From assembly GCA_009602725.1 (NCBI GenBank), contig WELB01000023.1, forward strand, positions 264,360 to 294,913: a DNA stretch of 30,554 bases, given 5' to 3'. The stretch is from Spirogloea muscicola (taxonomy: Eukaryota). The notes under the pieces were generated by a model. That model was not told where the DNA came from. It searched no databases and saw only the letters and a list, made by a program, of their open reading frames with translations. Shown piece by piece: positions 23,210 through 30,554 of the stretch. The first letter of the stretch is position 1; each line of letters begins with the position of its first letter. Both the position numbers and the translations under genes were made by a program.

Positions 23210-26200
23210 TTACAAGAGCTGCAGAGCTCTCAGCTGTTGAGGCGCTGAGGCTGTTCTTTGCTGCTGCCGACCTTGGGCAAGTCTTCCAGCATCCTCACTC
23301 TTAGCTTGCTCTCTCATCAGTCCAGCAGCAGCTTGGAAGTCTCCTAAAGACTTCGGCAGCCTGTTTTTGCGGCACGCTGCCGTCCCAGTTGCCCCGCATC
23401 GATTCATCTCATCAACGGAGCGGTGAGCCTCCTCTATGAGCCCCGCGCGTCTGTACATGCTGGCCATTGTTTGGTACATAACGCCGTCGATCGGCACGCC
23501 ACGCGCGCCCATCTCATCGAAGAGGTCTATCGCGTCCTTGGGTCGATCCGCTGCTGAGTAGACCATCACAAGCGTGCTGTAGGTAACGGCATCTGGCTTG
23601 CAGCCAGACGACAGCATCTTCTCGTACATTGACACCGCCTCCTCATAGTGCCCAGCCTTGCTCAATGCATGGATCATTGTGCTGTATGTTACCCTGCACT
23701 CCAGACAGTAGTCCAGCAGATCAGCAATATGTGGCTACATCTACACTACTACTCGATCAGCTGTGAAGAGATCAAATCAAGCGGCTTATCGCACTAGCAG
23801 TCTACAGAGCAAGCAATGATCAGTCTATCAGGAATCCAAGAATGGCATGAAACCACATGCTGCATCAGGGCTCACCTATCGAGCTCAATACCAGCATGCT
23901 GCATGTCCTCAACGGCAGCCTCTGCCTCAGCAACCATGCCAGCTTTGCCCAAGACGTCAATGAGCGTGTTGTATGTGACCAGGTTCGGTTTGCAACCGCA
24001 GGCTGTCATCACCTCCACGATATGTCTCACCGATTCCACCTGGAATAGACCTTGGCTGAGTTTGTATGGACATCGTGTCTGGTGCAAGCTATTTTCGTGC
24101 ACTCTAGTCATAAGGCACCAACAGTGACTCACATTTGCTGCACTTGGCATTGGCAGCACATGCGGCATTGCATATGCCTCTAAGTACAGCTCAAAGCTTT
24201 TAAACCTTAAAGCCTGGAAGCTTGTGGCTTGATGACAGATGTATTGGCCTCACAGTATTGCTGAACAAGAAAAGACTGTGCTTGAAGCACAGTGCAGTAC
24301 TTGCCTGATGAGCTTTTCCGTACATGTCCATCATAGCTGAGAACACCGCTGTGTTGGGCTCGTGGCCCTGAACCTGTGCAGATAGTCATATACACCTTGA
24401 CTAGCCACTCAGTACATGCAGACTAAGCTTTGACGCTGTGTGGACACGGCCTCTGTTGCCAAAGCACGGCTTGTAGCAGCAGCTATATTGTGCTTTCATA
24501 CTGAGCTGGCATCGCAAGGAGGTCCAAGAAGGATACTGCTCAGCTGGGAGCTGTGGCGGCATCAGACACCATCTAGCCACAGTGCTGCCCACACGCACCT
24601 GCATGTCCTCAAACAGAGCTTCGGCCGTTTGCCACTGTCCCATCTTGGCATAGACGTTGATCATAGTAGTATATGTTACCTCACTGTATGTACATCCTGA
24701 CCACTGCAGACATGCCATTGTTGAGGTGAATGTAGCACTTTGTGATATACATTCACTGTGCTGGAGACTCAGAGCGATAGAATACAGCATGAGTGAAGGA
24801 TAGATTAGGGTTCAGGGTTTAGGTTCTAGGGGTCCATGGCTGATGCATTGCAAGACAACCATGCATCCTGCCTAATCAGCAGCACATTTATACTATATTG
24901 TGATTGACAACTCGAAAAGCAAACAGGACCACAACTCACCTGCATCCTCCTGAATTCAGCAACAGCCTCCTCCAAGAAACCCAAGTCGGCATACACATTG
25001 ATGAGTGTGACATGCGTGTGCTCGTCAGGCGTAATGCCGGCCTCCTCCATCATCTGCAGCGCGGCTGCAGCCTTCTTGTCCAGCCCAGCGCGCCCATACA
25101 GCCATATCAGGGTGGAGTATGTGATCCTGTCTGGCTGGACGCCACCCTGTAACATGCTTTCGTACACAGCCTCGGCTCCCTCGACCTGGCCCGACCGGCC
25201 ATACACATTGAGGAGGCAGTTGTATGGAACGTGGTCCAGCACACAGCGCCCATCTGCCAGCATCTCATCAAACACGCGCTGAGCATCTGCCAATCGTCCC
25301 GCCTTTCCATATGCATCCATGAGTGTACACCACGACACTGAGTCAACAACATAGCCCGAGCACAGCATGTGGTCAAAGAGGCGCGCCGCCTCATCCACGT
25401 TCCCCGACTTGCTGTATGCTGACAACAGTGTGCAGTATGTGATGTGGTCTGCTTGGAGGCCGGCTGCCAGCATCTCTTTGTATACCTGCAGACACAAGTA
25501 GAGTGCTTGTCAGCTTGGCAAAGGGCCTGTGAATTGGGCACGTCATGTCCATACTTGTCGTAGTCTATGGACAAGGAAGTCACAATGGCAATATATGAAG
25601 GTTGTCCCACTGAAGAGCATATCAAGAGTCCATTAACAATAGCTGGAGAGCCTTGCAGAGACATGGGCACTCTTCTTGGACGATTCACCCAGAATTATCA
25701 AAAAGTTTATCATCAAGCCTGCCAGTCCTTGAGGTCACCAAGTGGCTGAGTACGCTGTCACACCTGCAAGGCTGCTCCATGCATGCTGGCCCTGGCATAT
25801 GCACTTATCATTGTGTTGTACGTGTACAAGTCTGGCTGGCAACCTGATTCCTGCACATCCAATTCATGAGCTCACATTTGCCTTCAACTGGTGTCTATAT
25901 ACACTTGGCTGTGGGATGAGGCACTAAAGTCCAGAGTAGTCAAGCATAAGTGACAAGTTTGCAGCAAGATTTCTCAAAAAAGATTACAGAGGAGAAGCCT
26001 CGATGCACTTCTCACACTGTCATGCTCAATGCCAGAACATGACAGGCCAGTCAGTCGAGTACAACACTCAGCTACTTGTCAGAGCACTGTTACAGAACTG
26101 GCACAAAAAATATCTTTGATATTACACCTTCATGGACTGGAAGTATTGCGCAGCTTCAGTGATGAGTCCAGCTTTGCTGGCCGCTTTAATGATTGTGCAG

Positions 26201-27192
26201 AAGGCCACATTGTCTGGGGGACAGCCTGCTTCCTGCCACAGCTTCATCACACTGCAAACAGTGGGTTGACACAGCAGTGGTTTTGTTGCAGTGTCCTGCC
26301 AAATGCTGAGCAGCTTGGCATTGCTAGAGCGAGCTGCAAGGGAAGCGCAGACTTGCAACATTCTTCCTCATGGAGTACCAATGCACCCGCAACTTCATGC
26401 CAACCCACATGCCATTGAGCCGCAAGACTCGAGCTAACCTACAAGCTTCATGCACGCGATCCTACCCCTGCCTTATGTCCATCTGAGAGCCGCTCAAGGC
26501 CCACTAAGAAGAGTATGCAACAGCCATGCTGGATGCAGCTGACCTGCATTTCCACGAGCACCATGGGGATCCTCCGCCACTGGCGGCCTCGGAGTAGACT
26601 CTTCAGAAGCTGGCAGTCACATTGTAAGCAGTGCCAGTCATCAGACCGACAGAGCGCCTGACAGACAGTCACAGCCTACTCGTGGGAGTAGAGCGGCAGC
26701 CGAGGAGGGCAGCACGGCACTGCTCGTCGAGCCAAGCGCGGCTATGCTTCAAAAACCAGCCCAGGAAAGATGATCAGCAGTATTGAACCTGCGACGTCAA
26801 CGGACCTGCATGTAAGAGTAGATGTTGGGGCGGTAGGCGCCGCCGCTGTCGCAGTCACTGCTGCCACCATCACCGTGGAGGCTCTTGAGCCAGGCGAGGT
26901 ACTCCTCGGCCCGCTGCCAGCCGTCGAGCTCGCGGAAGAGGCTGTTGAGCTCCCGCAGCGAGAAGGCGGCCGCCGCGCCGCGCTGCGCCATGACGTCGGC
27001 CAGGGCGTCGCCGCGCCGCAGCCGCCGGAGCCGCCTCCCCATCTCGCGCACGTGCCCGGGCACGCCGCCGGGGCGCCTCTGTNNNNNNNNNNNNNNNNNN
27101 NNNNNNNNNNNNNNNNNNNNNNNNNNNNNNNNNNNNNNNNNNGGCGGCGCCGGCCGCCACGCGCGCGCGGCGGCGGCGGCGGCCAGCTCCAT
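23210..27192 (-). CDS. P-class pentatricopeptide repeat protein (about 14-15 tandem 35-aa motifs), likely organelle-targeted
   Basis: Repeated motifs such as VTYNTLIDVLGKAGMVAEAEAAVEDMQHAGIELDR; no E/DYW or SMR domain seen. Exons: 26806-27192 (contains an N-gap; alternative in-frame start 27318), 26544-26609, 26128-26232, 25764-25850, 24940-25485, 24599-24703, 24305-24373, 23876-24039, 23210-23693. The Ala/Arg-rich N-terminus resembles a transit peptide. Confidence 0.92.
24804..24832 (+). repeat. Short degenerate interstitial telomeric tract (TTAGGG/TTTAGG variants) in a PPR intron
   Basis: attagggttcagggtttaggttctagggg. Confidence 0.55.
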
Positions 27193-27429
27193 CGCCGCGC
27201 GCCGCCTGGAGCTGGGGAGACTAACCCGGCCCGACAATGGCGGAATTTGGGGGAGCAGCTCTCGGGGGGAGCTTGCCACGTGGCGCCCAGGCATACGCGC
27301 CGGCGGGATGGGGGGCAATCCGGCCCCCCCCTCCTCGACGACGCCGCGCTTCTTCTTCGTTCCGTCGCTCCGTCGTCGGGCCGGTGTATGTTTGGGCTTT
27401 CAGCCCTTGAAGTACCAGGACAGAAGACG

Positions 27430-27745
27430 AGTGACGCCTTCCTAACGCCCCCCTTTCAGTGTGCTCCTTGGGCTGGCCTCTCACAGTCATTGCCTTACTT
27501 TGGAAAGAGCTGCTTCTTGGTCTGGGCTGGCCTCTCACAGTATCAGTCGCGCTTTTCTGGCCCCCTTCAGACTCTGTTCATTAATTTCCTGGGCTGGCCA
27601 ATCACAGCCATCGCAATTTACTGGAAGAGTCTATGATCTCACAGCCACTGCCTTCCACTGGAAGAGCTATTCCTTCGTTTAGACCTTGTGCAATCCATTG
27701 GATTAGCCTCTCACATCTATTGCCTTACCTTTAGAGAAGCTGTTT
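27430..27745 (-). repeat. Degenerate tandem array of the dispersed repeat in the PPR gene 5' flank
   Basis: TGGGCTGGCC(TC/AA)TCACAG at 27469, 27523 and 27590; partial TCTCACAGCCACTGCC at 27637; TGGATTAGCCTCTCACA at 27699. Most are followed by ..GGAAGAG-like ends. Confidence 0.8.
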
Positions 27746-28638
27746 CCTCTTCCTTCCTTGTAGACATCATCTCCGCCTTGCTCTTCATGTGTTGCAGGGC
27801 TTCAAGGTCGCGCGGTGGCCCTAGCCAGACCAGTGTGACATCTGGGCCTTGTTCGTTCTTTTGGGGCTGGCTTCTGTTAGCCCCTGCTAGGGATCTTGGC
27901 AACTTGGCCTTAATGAGCTGCAGAGATGATCTTCATCCTCTGTTTCTTTGACATGAACGTTAGCAACAAACAACATACGAAAAGCCCTGTCGACTAAGAG
28001 TATGTACTATCATATTTGAAAGAGCCATAAGTAACGAATGTCTAGTGAGACTGGTTCACTGCTATGGTGGCACAGAAAGGCCACTGCATATGCCTCAATC
28101 AAGCACTACTATGACTCAGAGACATGACCACTTAAAGGCAATCACAAAAACACAACCCGGGAACTGTCACTGCTGCTGCTAAGCAAATACATAACGTGCA
28201 TTGCTGCTCAAAGTATGTCGCCATAGGCAAGGCACTGTAACTTCATGTGGGCTGCTGATCTTGCTCTTGCCTTGAGCAGCGACCTATTCACCGGCCAGCC
28301 ACCAACCACGTCGCAGGCTGGCCCACAAGGGAAGCCACCGCCACAAGCACAGCCACTACGACGGGCCTTGGAGACCTGCAAATGCTCTGGTAGCAACCAA
28401 GTGGCCAAGGTGGCCAGCGGCAAGTACCTGCTGACGCGTAAATCTAGCACCAGAGCTGGCAGAGCCAATATGCAATAACAGCAGCCCACGCTGTAATTGA
28501 TATTTGCTATACACATCAGAGCACCAGCCTCACTGTCGCACCTTGCGCTGCCTGAGGCTGGAGCCACTGGCACTTGGCCCTGCTTGCAAAAATTTGGCTG
28601 GAATTTGGCATGGCCAGCCAAGAGAAAGGCCCCTTTCC

Positions 28639-30509
28639 CTACAAGTACTTGCTGAGCCACAACACAACCAGAACGAGGCATACAATGGCCAGCAGCAGCA
28701 GGCACATGGTCGCGAATGTGCAGCTCCGGCTGGATCGCTTGCTAATCACAGCAAGCTTTCGCTGAGCGACCTGCAAAAGCCACGCACCGAGGAGCGTTGT
28801 CATTAATTGCAGAACAGCGCATAGGCTCAATACGTCTTCCCACATTCTGCTCAAGGAAAAGCAGACAGAAACCCACCGCAACACGAGCATTTGTGGACTC
28901 CACATCTCGATCCAAGTCATCCTGCATGTCATGGCAGTACAATCAACTGTAAGAGTAGCCACAACCGCCATCAAGGACTTGCAACATCCAGCAGTTTGAA
29001 TCTCATTTGTCTTATGTACAATGCAAAAGTGTCTCAGTGCCATCGGCCGTTCTTTTGATTCAAGTCTCCGCTGGCGCCCGCACGAGTCACGAACCAGGAG
29101 CTGAGAGTGCAGGTCAAGCTCTTCGTTGACGGCCAGTGCAATGTGCTTGGTGCTGGCGACAGTTGACTCCAGCCCGACAAGCTCCTCGTCTTGATCTGCA
29201 TCAGGGACCAACTGTTGTCTTCAGTATGTGAAGCCAAGGCAAGGCGACTGCGATGTCTTCAGGCGGAGGGGCTGTGTGTGCAAATAGCAACCAGGCCAGG
29301 ACATAGACACGCTTGCTCCTAGAGTCACCTAATAAGGAGGTGGGACGACCATCACTCAGTCTCAAACCTCCTACTGCATAAGGTGGCAGTGAGGCAGCGC
29401 TGTTTGCAGGAGGTCAAGAGCAGCAGTGATCTTAACCCTTCATGATCCTTTTCTGGAGGTGGATGATGCCAGAGTTCTCCAGCTCGGCTGTCTGGTCTGT
29501 CTCCAGGACAACATTGGGCTTTTCGCCATCCCGCTCCAGCAGGTCCTTCCTGTCGCACACTCAGGGAAGCAACAGCCTCGTCAGAACCGCACTGCTTATC
29601 CTGCGCCCGCAAACACTATGAGCATCCAGATCCATTACTGGCTACAGCTGTCCTTTGCCTCAAGCCCAGTCGTCACTGGTGCCCATTTATCTGTTTAGAG
29701 CTCCGAGCATCCAATATGAATGCAGAATATTCCACTGACAGCAAGTAAGACCCAGTAGGTGCAACCGTAGGCAGACTTCTCCAGAGCTTCTCCAGGCCTT
29801 GACTGCTGAAAGACGCGGCAATCTCATGAAGGCACAGTGGCAAGCACCCGTACCTATTCGAGGGCTGCTGCGTGTTGAGCACCGCAGCCATCTGCTTGGC
29901 TCGGTACCGGATGCCCAGTAGCATGTCCTGCCGCCTGTACACCTCCTTCTCGCTCCTACACTCCGCCATTGCCAGCCAGCCCAAGCACAGACAAGCCAAT
30001 GAGCAGCGCTCACAACACTGGAACACACACAGAGGCCCCAACATGCACGAGCTTGAGTATCTGACAACAGTGGTCAACGTAGCAGCTCGAAAGCGCCCAC
30101 AAGAGATGAGCACGAGGCCGCAGCAGGCCGGCTTGGAGCCTTGCGCGCGAATGCAACCCCGCTGCTGGCCACTGATGAGGCAGCCAAGAGCCTCGTGGCG
30201 GCCATGAGGCGGTGCTGAGCCCTGGCAATGGTGTGGCTGAGGCCACGGCAGCGCAGCGCCCGGAGGAGCTGGCAGGCGGGGGGGGCGCACTCACAGGCCG
30301 ACGCGGTCGCCGCCGTCGGCGAGCAGGGCCTCGAGGCGGTCGGCGCGTGTGGCGAGCATGGCGAGCTTGCGGCGGGCGGCGGCGACGAGGCGCGAGGGGT
30401 CCTCGCCGCCGCGCACGGCGGCGCCGCGCTCCTGAAGCTTGGAGGCCACGTCGTCGGTCAGCCTCATGGCCTCGCCGAACTCCGCCAGCCAGGAGTCGAC
30501 GCGCGCCAT
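28639..30509 (-). CDS. SYP51: Qc-SNARE of the SYP5 (SYP51/52, syntaxin-8-like) family, 6 exons, about 235 aa
   Basis: N-terminus DSWLAEFGEAMRLTDDV; SNARE motif QKRIMKDQDEELVGLESTVASTKHIALAVNEELDLHSQLLDDLDRDVE; C-terminal TM helix CLLLLAIVCLVLVVLWL. Exons: 30295-30509, 29854-29955, 29437-29549, 29095-29195, 28877-28921, 28639-28770; 708 nt, in frame. Confidence 0.9.
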
Positions 30510-30554
30510 CTCCAGGGCGCTGCGCCGCGGCGGCCGGCCTCCGGGGCCGGGCGC

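Noticed and set aside
27469..27745. CRISPR-like interpretation of the repeat array
   Set aside because: Eukaryotic context, degenerate repeats, partly homologous spacers and no cas genes.

Overview
Eukaryotic, intron-rich, GC-rich plant-lineage DNA, most consistent with a streptophyte alga (inferred from the plant-type UGP3, the P-class PPR gene, plant-like eIF5B/SYP5 and short GT-AG introns). I reconstructed five spliced genes by hand: eIF5B (+, about 4391-11657, 13 exons, greatly expanded repetitive N-terminus), NOP58 (+, first coding exon missing at a 1-N gap), plastid UDP-glucose pyrophosphorylase UGP3 (-), an intron-rich P-class PPR gene (-) and a SYP5/syntaxin-8-type Qc-SNARE (-). The first ~1.3 kb looks like a decayed L1-type LINE. 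The most unusual non-coding signal is a degenerate ~40-85 bp repeat (core CTTCCAGnAGAnGGCGATGGCTGTGAGnGGCCAGCCCA, carrying the site II motif TGGGCY). It occurs in about 14 copies, clustered in the 5' flanks of four of the five genes. Other notable points are two GC-AG introns, PPR exons exactly one motif long, CpG-island-like gene starts and an intronic G-quadruplex/telomere-like repeat. No prokaryotic system (CRISPR etc.) is present.
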